DNA from: a virus
Taxonomy: Duplodnaviria; Caudoviricetes
Virus record (IMG/VR): IMGVR_UViG_3300036770_002623
Coordinates: 1-38,858 of that record
Direction: 5' to 3' (one strand)
DNA: 38,858 bases
The position numbers and the translations under genes were made by a program. This document shows positions 25,390-33,664 of the stretch, piece by piece (within the stretch, counting starts at the first letter, position 1; every line of letters starts with the position of its first letter). Below the pieces are notes generated by a model. That model searched no databases and was not told the DNA's origin. It saw nothing but the letters and a program-made list of their open reading frames with translations.

Positions 25390-25602
25390 TTACTTGAGAA
25401 TCTTCTGAACGCTCTTGACGAACTCTCGTACCAAAGTCTCCAGAGAATCCTTCTTGGTTTTGTTGGTAACCTTTTTGTTACCACGACAAACGATGTAGAC
25501 CAACTGGTAACTGTACTTGGTCTTGGCCACGATCTCTCGCGGTGACAATCCCTTCGCTACCAGTTCCCGAATGTGTGCAGATTTAGAACGGGGTTTCTTC
25601 AT
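25390..25602 (-). CDS. Small HTH DNA-binding protein
   Basis: SKSAHIRELVAKGLSPREIVAKT..SYQLVY.V. Confidence 0.65.
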   Translation of the reverse strand: MKKPRSKSAHIRELVAKGLSPREIVAKTKYSYQLVYIVCRGNKKVTNKTKKDSLETLVREFVKSVQKILK

Positions 25603-25858
25603 CAGCCTCTTCCTTCTTGTACTCAACGTACTTCTGTGCGGACAGGGAGATGTATTGGTTCCCGGCCTTGGAGGTGTTGTTCCATGCAGAGATGGACAAC
25701 TTGATCGGGTTGCCAACCTTTGCCTCTTCGATCAACTCCTTCAGCAACGCCTTGGTCAGCGTCAGTTCTCCACGCAGGGCAGGGGACTTGTCGTTCTTGC
25801 GAACCTTTGCTTTGAACAGCGCCCCGGTGCTGCGATCATCGCGGTTGTAATCAGCCAT
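25583..25858 (-). CDS. Putative single-stranded DNA-binding protein
   Basis: GALF......KSP..RG....ISAW...SK.G..YISLS, acidic tail ending PF; follows Sak. Confidence 0.6.
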   Translation of the reverse strand: MADYNRDDRSTGALFKAKVRKNDKSPALRGELTLTKALLKELIEEAKVGNPIKLSISAWNNTSKAGNQYISLSAQKYVEYKKEEADEETPF

Positions 25859-26558
25859 TGGTTGATGCTCCTTCCAGTTTTGTCTTCAACTCAGTAAACC
25901 CAGTCTTCAATGCCTCAAACTGCGCCTTGTAATGGCTGTCTAAGATATCGATGACCTGCTTGTTTTCGCCCCAGAACTTCCTGAGCGAATTGGTATCGCT
26001 GCAGAACTTGTTCGCGAACTCCAACAACTTTTGAACGACCTCGGCTGCACCACTCTCATCAGGGATGTCAGTGAATCCCTGCTTGGTGGGAACAGTCTTC
26101 TTCGGCTTTTGTTTAACCGGGGTCTCATCGATGAGCGGGGCCTCAGCCTCGCCATCCGGTGTGGTGACTGCCGCCACATCCTCACCGGCATAGATCGCAT
26201 GGCCCAGACCATACATCGCAAGGCACTTGACGAGGCAGCGCATGCGGGTGTCGCTGATCTTTCGTGCATCCGGATTGCGGATGGCATTGTTCTTGTAGTC
26301 CATGACCGGGAGCCACATCACTCGCCAGCAATCACCAATGGTGACCTTGCAACTGATAGCGACAGTGCCATCCGAATAGGTCTTCTCATCAAGGAAACTG
26401 TATTGAGCCTGAGGGTAGTACTCCATGAGTACGCCCCATGCCCATGCCCAACTCAGATAGGACAGGCCATTCTTTTTCTCGACATGCTTGGACACATCCA
26501 CCTTGACGAGGGTGTTCCAGATTTCTTCATAACTTGGCGATAAAGGCTTCTCTGACAT
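25851..26558 (-). CDS. sak: Sak (Rad52-like, DUF1071) single-strand annealing protein
   Basis: EKKNGLSYLSWAWAW, MWLPVMDYKN, MRCLVK.LA..GLG..IYAGED. Confidence 0.88.
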   Translation of the reverse strand: MSEKPLSPSYEEIWNTLVKVDVSKHVEKKNGLSYLSWAWAWGVLMEYYPQAQYSFLDEKTYSDGTVAISCKVTIGDCWRVMWLPVMDYKNNAIRNPDARKISDTRMRCLVKCLAMYGLGHAIYAGEDVAAVTTPDGEAEAPLIDETPVKQKPKKTVPTKQGFTDIPDESGAAEVVQKLLEFANKFCSDTNSLRKFWGENKQVIDILDSHYKAQFEALKTGFTELKTKLEGASTNG

Positions 26559-26582
26559 ACTGTTCTCCTGTTTAGTATTGTC

Positions 26583-26610
26583 ATTGTACATGATTGGTAT
26601 TGATAAGCAA
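26583..26610 (-). promoter_or_regulatory. Putative sigma70 promoter upstream of sak
   Basis: TTGCTT-N16-TACAAT. Confidence 0.45.
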
Positions 26611-26614
26611 GCAA

Positions 26615-27493
26615 TCAATACCCTGCTTCGATGGCTTCGCGTTCACGCTGGAACTGTGAACACCATGCGCTGACGCGACACCAGTTGGCATTACAGCGGG
26701 TTGCTTCACCCCTCCTGAACTCCAACTCCATCCCATCCGCAACGGCTGCACGGGCTTCTGCTTCGTTGTCAAACAACTTGACCGCCCTCTTCTGACCCTT
26801 GCGCTTGAGTGCCCACTTGGATTCCTTGATCCAACGCTCCTGCTCAGAGCAGTCAGGCAGTTCCGCGCCAGTCAGCCGGTCGAACTCCGCCTTCTGGTGC
26901 AGTACCACTCGCTCGTTTAAATACCTATCGGCATCCATCTCGCTCCACATCGGGATGTCTACCTCGACGATGGGGGCACGGGGATAGTCAGGCTTCTCTT
27001 CGGCATCACGCGCTCTCCAGTCACGGAGAATGGCAATGACCTTCAAGGCTTTCACCTTGGAACCCTTGGCCCTACGGACGAGTGCGGCATAGCAATTCAA
27101 CTGCCGCTCCCATTCGATCTTGCCCATGATCACTGACCACACCGAGGTGGTCTTGTAATCCATGATCGTGACACCGTCGTCTTCGATCTTCTGGACATCG
27201 ATAGCACCACTGACAACCCAGCCTTCGATCTCAGTGAAGATGCGCTCTTCGCTGATGTGCTTGTCATCGGCAGTCTCTTCGAACATCTTGTGAGCAGCAG
27301 TTCCCAACACAGCCCACATCTTTTCCGAAACATCTTCGGTCAGTTCATCCCAGTGTTCTCGCCGCAGGATGCGGACACGGGGTGAGTCGATGAGTTGTGT
27401 GATCGAACGATTGCTCTCGCCCTTGGTGTACTCACTGCGCGTCAATGCTTTGACGACAGGGTCTGGCAGTCCGAACTTGTTGGTGAGTTTCAT
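26615..27493 (-). CDS. PD-(D/E)XK exonuclease (Cas4/RecB-like)
   Basis: GTAAH, SGAID, DYKTT, QLN.YA, C-terminal C..WC.V..WC.Q. Confidence 0.85.
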   Translation of the reverse strand: MKLTNKFGLPDPVVKALTRSEYTKGESNRSITQLIDSPRVRILRREHWDELTEDVSEKMWAVLGTAAHKMFEETADDKHISEERIFTEIEGWVVSGAIDVQKIEDDGVTIMDYKTTSVWSVIMGKIEWERQLNCYAALVRRAKGSKVKALKVIAILRDWRARDAEEKPDYPRAPIVEVDIPMWSEMDADRYLNERVVLHQKAEFDRLTGAELPDCSEQERWIKESKWALKRKGQKRAVKLFDNEAEARAAVADGMELEFRRGEATRCNANWCRVSAWCSQFQREREAIEAGY

Positions 27494-27729
27494 TTGCGCC
27501 AGATCCTCACGCCGCCTTTGTCTTTGCTACTACTGAACTTGTAATCCTTGTGCTTCGATGAGAATCTTGACAGCCTGACTCGCACCGAATGCAAGACGCG
27601 ATCAATCTCCTCGTCACTGCAATCGATCAGGATACTGTCACCGGGCCGCAATTCTTTGAGTGGTAGTGGCCCCACTGTAACCCTGTTCGCGATGCGCGAA
27701 GGCAGCGGAACATTTTTTTCAATCTTCAT
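27490..27729 (-). CDS. Small DNA-binding-like protein (MKIEKNVPLP...GDS...GVRIWR family)
   Basis: Characteristic N- and C-terminal motifs; GAGGAG RBS. Confidence 0.7.
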   Translation of the reverse strand: MKIEKNVPLPSRIANRVTVGPLPLKELRPGDSILIDCSDEEIDRVLHSVRVRLSRFSSKHKDYKFSSSKDKGGVRIWRK

Positions 27730-27741
27730 CAGGGTCTCCTC

Positions 27742-27789
27742 TTGGAAATCAACGAGTGACAGTTTAGCATTGTGACTATGTCAAGTGAA
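27742..27789. promoter_or_regulatory. Overlapping divergent promoters
   Basis: Plus: TTGGAA-N17-TAGCAT (27742-27770). Minus: TTCACT-N17-TAAACT with extended TG (27789-27761). Confidence 0.4.
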
Positions 27790-28137
27790 GTATCTTTTGT
27801 AGTGTTTGGTGAGCCAGCAAGCAAGGCGAATAGTCGTAAACTTGTGCGTTTAAATGGTCGCCCTGCTTTTATCAAATCCCAGAAGGCTCGTGACTATCTC
27901 GCTGCGTTCCAACTGCAATGCAAAAAGGTTTTCCCGTTGATGACAGGCGATGTCTCCGTTGAGATCACGATCTGGTACGCAAGTCGTAGACCAGACCTTG
28001 ACGAGAGTGTAATTTTAGATGCCATGCAGGGATTGATCTACGAGAACGATAGACAGGTGAAAGAAAAGCATGTGTTCCACCGTCTCGACAAAGACAATCC
28101 CCGCGCACAGATCACCGTTCGACCCTTGACCCCATAG
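27778..28137 (+). CDS. rusA: RusA-family Holliday junction resolvase
   Basis: GEP.SK.N, RRPDLD...ILDAMQG..Y.NDRQV, D..NPR..I.V. Confidence 0.88.
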   Translation: MSSEVSFVVFGEPASKANSRKLVRLNGRPAFIKSQKARDYLAAFQLQCKKVFPLMTGDVSVEITIWYASRRPDLDESVILDAMQGLIYENDRQVKEKHVFHRLDKDNPRAQITVRPLTP

Positions 28138-28230
28138 ATATATATAAATATATATCTAGATATATCTTTATAGATATATCTATAACTACCTGTAAAGGAA
28201 TCTTATATATAAATATCTTTTTTTATAATA
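28135..28230. other. AT-rich palindromic segment, putative replication origin
   Basis: Three AGATATAT-based palindromes directly upstream of the primase-helicase. Confidence 0.55.
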
Positions 28231-28246
28231 ACTATTGGAGAACAGT

Positions 28247-29944
28247 ATGAATCTAGAACAGATTGTGTTATCGCAATCAAACAACAGTCGAATCCGTTGT
28301 CCTGTCTGTGCAGAGGACAGGAAGAAGTCGCACATCAAAACGATGGGTGTTACGGTCGAGAATGACCGTGTCGTTTACCAATGCTTTCACTGTGGAACTT
28401 CGGGTGCAGTGAGAAGGGATCGCTTCATGTATCAAGTCAAGGAACTCAGCAAGAACGTCGCGCCTATTGATCCACCATCGGAGGTCAAGCCTGAGATCGT
28501 GGAGAACTTCTTGCGGAGCCGGGGCATTGATCCTCAGTTGGTTCAGGACTACCCATTGGTGGGTGGGAACAAGTACTTTGCAGAAGGTGGCAAGCAAGAT
28601 GCCATCGGGTTCATCTACGGTGACACCCGCGCACCTCAGGCGATCAAGTGGAGATCGGTCAGCGACAAGGCGTTCACGCAGCAGGGTTCTGCTCGTTCGT
28701 TCTTTGGTTTAAACCAATTACCAAAAGACCTGACGGATCTGGTCATCTGCGAAGGCGAGATGGATGTCCTTGCACTGGCCGCAGCGGGTATCCATGCCAT
28801 CGGTTGTCCGAACGGGGCACCGCAGAAGATCAGTGATCGCAAGGTAGACCCCAAGGAAGATGGCAAGTACTCGTTTGTGTGGGAGTCACGGGAACTGATT
28901 GAGTCCGTGCAACGGGTGGTGTTCATCCCAGACCAAGACGAACCCGGTCAGGCCCTCGTTGAGGAACTGGCAAGACGTATCGGACGCGCCAAGTGTTGGA
29001 CGGTCACGCTCCCCTGCAAGGATGCCAACGAGACCCTCCAAAAACATGGCGCTGAGGCCATACGAGAGGCTTTTCTAGCCGCTAAACCCCTCCCACTAGA
29101 GGGTGTGTACTCCCCCGCTGATTTTGAGACTCAGATCCTGTCTCTGTACGACGATGGGGTGGTGAAGGGGGCAAGTACAGGCTTGGGAACCCTTGATCCT
29201 TTGTACACGGTGCTGCCGGGACAGTTATCGGTGTTCACTGGACTGCCGGGTAGTGGTAAGTCCGAGTTGATCGATCACATCTGCGTCAACATTGCTATGC
29301 AAAAGGGATGGCGGTTTGCGATTGCGAGTTTTGAGAACCCACCTCACATGCACATCGCCAAACTGGCTGAGAAGGTGGTCGGCAAACCGTTCTTTGGTGA
29401 GAACCGAATGGATGCAGACGAGCGCGACTATGCATTGGCATTCTTGAACGAACACTTTGTGTTCCTGCAGTCCCATGACGGCGCTCCGAGTACGGTGCAG
29501 TCCATCATCGACCGCACCAAGCAAGCGGTCATGCGTATGGGTGTGCGTGGCCTGATCATTGACCCGTACAACTACCTCGACATGAGCGGATCAGACTCCG
29601 AGCATCAAGCCATCAGCAAAATGCTCACGGACATCGTGCTGTTCTGCAAATCGCATGAACTGCATGCATGGTTCGTTGCTCACCCGGCCAAGCAACTGCC
29701 CGACAGCGGCCCTCCGAAGGGGCAGCACATCTCAGGCAGTGCGGCATGGTTTGCGAAGGCAGACATGGGTGTGACGGTTCACCGGGCAGGGAACCAGACC
29801 GAGGTGCATGTGTGGAAGTGCCGGTTTAAATGGGTCGGCAAGGTTGGCATGGTCGAATTGAATTACGACATCCCAACGGGGCGCTACTCAGATAAGGCTC
29901 ACTTCGCTGCGCTCACCAACGAGTGGGATGACATCGACCTATGA
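28247..29944 (+). CDS. Primase-helicase (Zn finger + TOPRIM + DnaB/T7 gp4/Twinkle-like SF4 helicase)
   Basis: CPVC...CFHC, ICEGEMD, D.DEPG, KDANE, GLPGSGKS, IIDPYN, VAHP.K, ISGS, K.RF..VG. Confidence 0.93.
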   Translation: MNLEQIVLSQSNNSRIRCPVCAEDRKKSHIKTMGVTVENDRVVYQCFHCGTSGAVRRDRFMYQVKELSKNVAPIDPPSEVKPEIVENFLRSRGIDPQLVQDYPLVGGNKYFAEGGKQDAIGFIYGDTRAPQAIKWRSVSDKAFTQQGSARSFFGLNQLPKDLTDLVICEGEMDVLALAAAGIHAIGCPNGAPQKISDRKVDPKEDGKYSFVWESRELIESVQRVVFIPDQDEPGQALVEELARRIGRAKCWTVTLPCKDANETLQKHGAEAIREAFLAAKPLPLEGVYSPADFETQILSLYDDGVVKGASTGLGTLDPLYTVLPGQLSVFTGLPGSGKSELIDHICVNIAMQKGWRFAIASFENPPHMHIAKLAEKVVGKPFFGENRMDADERDYALAFLNEHFVFLQSHDGAPSTVQSIIDRTKQAVMRMGVRGLIIDPYNYLDMSGSDSEHQAISKMLTDIVLFCKSHELHAWFVAHPAKQLPDSGPPKGQHISGSAAWFAKADMGVTVHRAGNQTEVHVWKCRFKWVGKVGMVELNYDIPTGRYSDKAHFAALTNEWDDIDL

Positions 29945-30405
29945 GCAGCCAAGATTGGGATGACTCGTTCATCGAACGATTCAAGCAAAGCCACCAGACC
30001 GAGATGGTCGTGGCTGTGTGGTTGCTGAGTCGCGGCAACGAGGTGAAGTTGCAGGAGAAACATCTGCGACTGAAATGGGAAGATCGTTTGGAGCATGCGG
30101 ACGAGGGAGATTTAATCGTCAACGGGAAGCGTTGCGAGGTGAAGGGACTCAGGCGTAAATTTGAGATGGGCAAGTGGCCCTTCCCTTACGCATTGGTCTG
30201 CAGCAAATGGTCGTATGACCGTGCCGCTAAGAAGCCTGACGTATTCTTTTTGGTGAGCGGGGATCATTCCTGCACTGCGGTGGTGGACGTGGTCAAGACC
30301 TGCCGCAAATGGACAGTGGTGTCTCAGCAGGATCATGAACGGGGTGAGACTTACGATGCGTATGCTATCGATCCATCATTGCTGCAATGGTACGAACTGA
30401 AATGA
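29941..30405 (+). CDS. Hypothetical PD-(D/E)XK-like protein
   Basis: E...D.GDL......EVK pattern. Confidence 0.55.
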   Translation: MSSQDWDDSFIERFKQSHQTEMVVAVWLLSRGNEVKLQEKHLRLKWEDRLEHADEGDLIVNGKRCEVKGLRRKFEMGKWPFPYALVCSKWSYDRAAKKPDVFFLVSGDHSCTAVVDVVKTCRKWTVVSQQDHERGETYDAYAIDPSLLQWYELK

Positions 30406-30629
30406 AAACCTACATCCATGTGAATCAGCATGTCATCAGAGCCAACAAGAAGACAGGCGCTGATGATCCAGTCATCACGGTTAAACAGGGTAAGAAGAAC
30501 ACCTACGCGAGGCGAGTCCTAATTCATGGACCGAGCGAGGTGCTGTACTCAGGGAACGGGAAGCCGCTGCTCTCATGCGGAGCGAGGGTTGCGGTGGTCA
30601 CTGAGTCTGAGGTGGAGATCGTGGAATAA
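30402..30629 (+). CDS. Conserved hypothetical phage protein
   Basis: IHVNQH.IR.N.K....PVITVK...I.GPS...Y...LSCGARV. Confidence 0.75.
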   Translation: MKTYIHVNQHVIRANKKTGADDPVITVKQGKKNTYARRVLIHGPSEVLYSGNGKPLLSCGARVAVVTESEVEIVE

Positions 30630-30660
30630 AAAAACCCCGGCGCTCTCAAGGAGGCCGGGG
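30628..30660 (-). terminator. Rho-independent terminator
   Basis: ACCCCGGC-N12-GCCGGGGUUUUUUU on the minus strand at a convergent boundary. Confidence 0.8.
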
Positions 30661-30720
30661 TCTCTTCCTTTGCCGCCGTCTTGCACTGACGGGATTGGAC
30701 GGCGACTAGGGTGGATTACT

Positions 30721-30909
30721 TTAACGCACTCGGATACTCAACGGACAGAGTTCGTGCGCTCGGATAGTCCGAGTGTACTCACTGCCAAGGTAATCATAGA
30801 AGCACTGCTTGGTCATGCCAGTAACCTTCTCGCCAGTCAGGTACGCCGTACCTGCATGAGCCGAAGCACTCGCCACTAACGCAGCCATCAACAGAATCAA
30901 CTTCTTCAT
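30721..30909 (-). CDS. Small secreted protein (signal peptide, two Cys)
   Basis: MKKLILLMAALVASASAHA signal-like N-terminus; C.Y...CP; GGAG RBS. Confidence 0.7.
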   Translation of the reverse strand: MKKLILLMAALVASASAHAGTAYLTGEKVTGMTKQCFYDYLGSEYTRTIRAHELCPLSIRVR

Positions 30910-31082
30910 GCTATCACTCCTCTGGTAAAACTATTTGCCCAATCGATGCATTCTTCACGGGAACCTTTCCAGTATTTAAACGCCTCGCCGTGGGTGAATG
31001 CGACCCATCGATCCTTCCAGATGCGACCCGGACATGGGAACACCCAGACCATGGGGTTCCCGTCCGAATCGGCAAAGGTCAA
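30906..31082 (-). CDS. Hypothetical protein
   Basis: TTGA overlap with the upstream stop; start uncertain. Confidence 0.45.
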   Translation of the reverse strand: MTFADSDGNPMVWVFPCPGRIWKDRWVAFTHGEAFKYWKGSREECIDWANSFTRGVIA

Positions 31083-31408
31083 TGCTTGGTCATCGGTGCG
31101 TTCGACAATTTGTCCATCATGATTCGGGACACATAAGCCGCCACTGATCCGCATTGCTCTGCCTCCTCTGCGTCATCTGTTTCCATGGCGCGGATCGCCA
31201 GAGTCCTTGCGAAGTCCGCGATCAGGCTGATCACGGCCACGTCAGCAAACTCCATGCGCTCCAAGTTCTCAGGGACAATATCGAAGGCGAGTCCACCCTC
31301 AATGGTCACTGCTTCGATGGCACAAGCCAGATCGATGTTCTGTTGGTGATACCAAGACTCGGGATAAATCTCCCCGTCTTGCGGGTTCAAAAAGAATCTA
31401 GTGTTCAT
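31079..31408 (-). CDS. Hypothetical acidic protein
   Basis: GAGG RBS; operon packing. Confidence 0.65.
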   Translation of the reverse strand: MNTRFFLNPQDGEIYPESWYHQQNIDLACAIEAVTIEGGLAFDIVPENLERMEFADVAVISLIADFARTLAIRAMETDDAEEAEQCGSVAAYVSRIMMDKLSNAPMTKH

Positions 31409-31420
31409 TGTTTAAATACC

Positions 31421-31624
31421 TCAGAACGGTGGGCCGTTGGGTTCGTCTTCCTCACCACCCCATGACTGACTTTGATGCTCGGCCAGTGCGGAGTCAATGC
31501 GATCAATCTTTTCCATCATCTTCGACAGGTCATGTTGTATCCGCATGATCGCGTATGCAATAGCGGGATCAAGTCGAAGACCTTTGACCTCGCGCTCCAA
31601 GTATTCGATATCGGAAAGGTTCAT
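31421..31624 (-). CDS. Hypothetical protein with acidic ...PPF tail
   Basis: GGAG RBS; ATGA coupling. Confidence 0.65.
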   Translation of the reverse strand: MNLSDIEYLEREVKGLRLDPAIAYAIMRIQHDLSKMMEKIDRIDSALAEHQSQSWGGEEDEPNGPPF

Positions 31625-31905
31625 GCTCTGCTCTCCTGCTTTGCTCGTTGTAGTTCAAACCATTTGCGTGTGATGTCATCGGTCAGTTGTCGAGTCCGCA
31701 TGTTGTACTGCTTCCGCAACAATTCAAACTTGTTGACCTCGCGTTCTAGTTCCACCTTCAGCATGCGGTACTCAGCATCCAGTTGCTCAACGTAGGGGTC
31801 AGTCAATCGTTCCATGTTGCGATTCTCCATGCGACGATCAGCATCAGGGGAATGAGTGCCATGCGAGGCAAGTAAAACAAGAAGTCTTCCCATGTCATCA
31901 CTCAT
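31621..31905 (-). CDS. Hypothetical coiled-coil protein
   Basis: GGAGG RBS; overlaps its neighbours. Confidence 0.6.
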   Translation of the reverse strand: MSDDMGRLLVLLASHGTHSPDADRRMENRNMERLTDPYVEQLDAEYRMLKVELEREVNKFELLRKQYNMRTRQLTDDITRKWFELQRAKQESRA

Positions 31906-32104
31906 CCCTCCGTATCTGATACACGGTCTCGCCCATGGTGATCACGATGTGACCGTTGTCGAGCATCCATTCGAACTGCTTGCGGTCGAAGGGATGCATG
32001 TCATCTAGCGAATCGTACTCATGCACTGATGGGTCATCACGCATGGACGAACCATCAGCACCGCGCACCCATTCACCCGTGTTGTGGACTGCAAACTTTT
32101 TCAT
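31898..32104 (-). CDS. Hypothetical protein
   Basis: Start refined to ATG 32104 (GGAGG RBS, ATGA overlap). Confidence 0.65.
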   Translation of the reverse strand: MKKFAVHNTGEWVRGADGSSMRDDPSVHEYDSLDDMHPFDRKQFEWMLDNGHIVITMGETVYQIRRDE

Positions 32105-32301
32105 GCTGCCTCCAAGATTTTGCCAACGTACTTGTTTAAATGCTTTGAGTCGAACCACCACTTGCCGTTTGACTGCTCACCGTCTGGGTTCCAGTCGGTG
32201 TAGTAAATCAAACCGCCCCTCGTACAGGTCACATAGCACAGCAGCGGCATGTTCTTGTTGTCGAGCCAGTGCTTGTGTTCGAAGACCGTGCCGCGCTTCA
32301 T
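32101..32301 (-). CDS. Hypothetical protein
   Basis: ATGA-coupled at both ends. Confidence 0.65.
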   Translation of the reverse strand: MKRGTVFEHKHWLDNKNMPLLCYVTCTRGGLIYYTDWNPDGEQSNGKWWFDSKHLNKYVGKILEAA

Positions 32302-32546
32302 GCTGCAACCCGCATGGTTTTTGGATCAACTTTCAAAACCTTCAAAACCTTTTTAGCAATTCGGCCTTTCAGACTGAGTTTGAAAAAGACCTCAGTGTAG
32401 ATTCGATCCTTGCCGTGCTTCCAACCCCATGTTGAAACGACTTCACGGGAACTTTCGATGCTAGTGCATTCGCCATCGATGAAAAGCGCGGTGTATAGCC
32501 GTCCGTCTACCATGACTTTTTTCTTCTCAATGTAAACGATGGTCAT
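32298..32546 (-). CDS. Hypothetical protein
   Basis: GAGG RBS, directly downstream of a promoter. Confidence 0.65.
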   Translation of the reverse strand: MTIVYIEKKKVMVDGRLYTALFIDGECTSIESSREVVSTWGWKHGKDRIYTEVFFKLSLKGRIAKKVLKVLKVDPKTMRVAA

Positions 32547-32572
32547 GCTGCACCTCTGTTCTAATGTTGTTA

Positions 32573-32601
32573 AGTATAGTTGTTTGTATGTTATTGATCA
32601 A
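32573..32601 (-). promoter_or_regulatory. sigma70 promoter (early)
   Basis: TTGATC-N17-TATACT. Confidence 0.65.
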
Positions 32602-32782
32602 GCATTTTGTCGAGGCGGTCATACAGTGCGAAGTACTCCAAAGATTCTTCGTCGAGCGCCTCTGATAAATCTTTGTTCCCGTCACGCAGTGCAAGCAATG
32701 CCGCATGAGACTTCTTGTTGGCATAGTTCACTGCCGCGAGGGCGAGTTGTTCAAGGTCTAACTTGCTGAGTTCGACTTGCAT
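32591..32782 (-). CDS. Hypothetical protein
   Basis: CAGGAGAACAAC RBS before ATG 32782. Confidence 0.65.
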   Translation of the reverse strand: MQVELSKLDLEQLALAAVNYANKKSHAALLALRDGNKDLSEALDEESLEYFALYDRLDKMLDQ

Positions 32783-32806
32783 GTTGTTCTCCTGCATTTA
32801 AAAGGA

Positions 32807-33664
32807 TCAGGCGGCGAGTGCCGCCTCCCCGTCGAGTTGCTTAACCGCAGCGGTGATCCATCGACTAGCGTCGGAAGAATCGCAGATGTCCTGCCCCGCA
32901 ATGAACGCCACTGCATTGCTGTCATCATCCGCAAACTTGCTTACCGTCGCGACATCGACACCGTACCCCGCGCCGCTGATCATTGTCGGTGCGGCAACGA
33001 AGTGCCATGTGTGCCATAGCGCCCGAAAGAACGCAGGCAGCGCCGTCGTTGCGGCCAGTGCGGGAAGGTCGAGCGGCGACTGATAATCTTTGACGATCAC
33101 GCTGCCGCGATACTCGTTGCCCTCGCCCGATCCAACCATGACCGATTCCAACTGCACCGAATATCCCGCGCCGATCAGTGCATCCGCGAGAACCAGTGCA
33201 GCGACACCGCGCCACCGCATCTTTGCTGAATCAACACCGCCATACGCAATCGAATCCACCAGAATTCGAACCCGCGCAGGGCCGCGACCAGATGCTCTGA
33301 CAGTGCGTCTCCATGCCTGCTCAAGGTTGCCTGCATAGACGCGCTGCATTTCGACATCGTCACCGGCATCAGTCCATCGACCGCGACGACGAATGCTGAT
33401 CGGCTGCGGCACGTCGATCTTGCTCTGAACTTTGGACATGAGCGCAGTGCCGCGAGTCCAACCTTCCTTGATCAAGCGTTTAACCGTGTCGGCAGCATTG
33501 CCCTCAGTGGGCAGGCAATCCTCCGTGGTTCCGCACCAATCATGGTTCACGATTTCTCCTCGCGATAGCCATGACTGGCGGGTCTTGTTGTTCGAAGCCA
33601 CCTTGCAGGGGCCATCAACCACCCGCAGGAACTCGTCGAGCGAGTACTTTTCCTGAATGATCAT
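32807..33664 (-). CDS. Degenerate VWA-like (CobT-like) partner of the AAA+ ATPase
   Basis: Coupled (TGATG) to the MoxR-type ATPase; RG.AAL.LAD.L...GYSV..E, .VK....PLD, PAFFR. Confidence 0.6.
   Translation of the reverse strand: MIIQEKYSLDEFLRVVDGPCKVASNNKTRQSWLSRGEIVNHDWCGTTEDCLPTEGNAADTVKRLIKEGWTRGTALMSKVQSKIDVPQPISIRRRGRWTDAGDDVEMQRVYAGNLEQAWRRTVRASGRGPARVRILVDSIAYGGVDSAKMRWRGVAALVLADALIGAGYSVQLESVMVGSGEGNEYRGSVIVKDYQSPLDLPALAATTALPAFFRALWHTWHFVAAPTMISGAGYGVDVATVSKFADDDSNAVAFIAGQDICDSSDASRWITAAVKQLDGEAALAA

Noticed and set aside
26615-27493. Cas4-like nuclease as a sign of a CRISPR system
   Set aside because: No repeat-spacer array or other cas genes seen; the exonuclease-Sak-SSB context indicates recombination.
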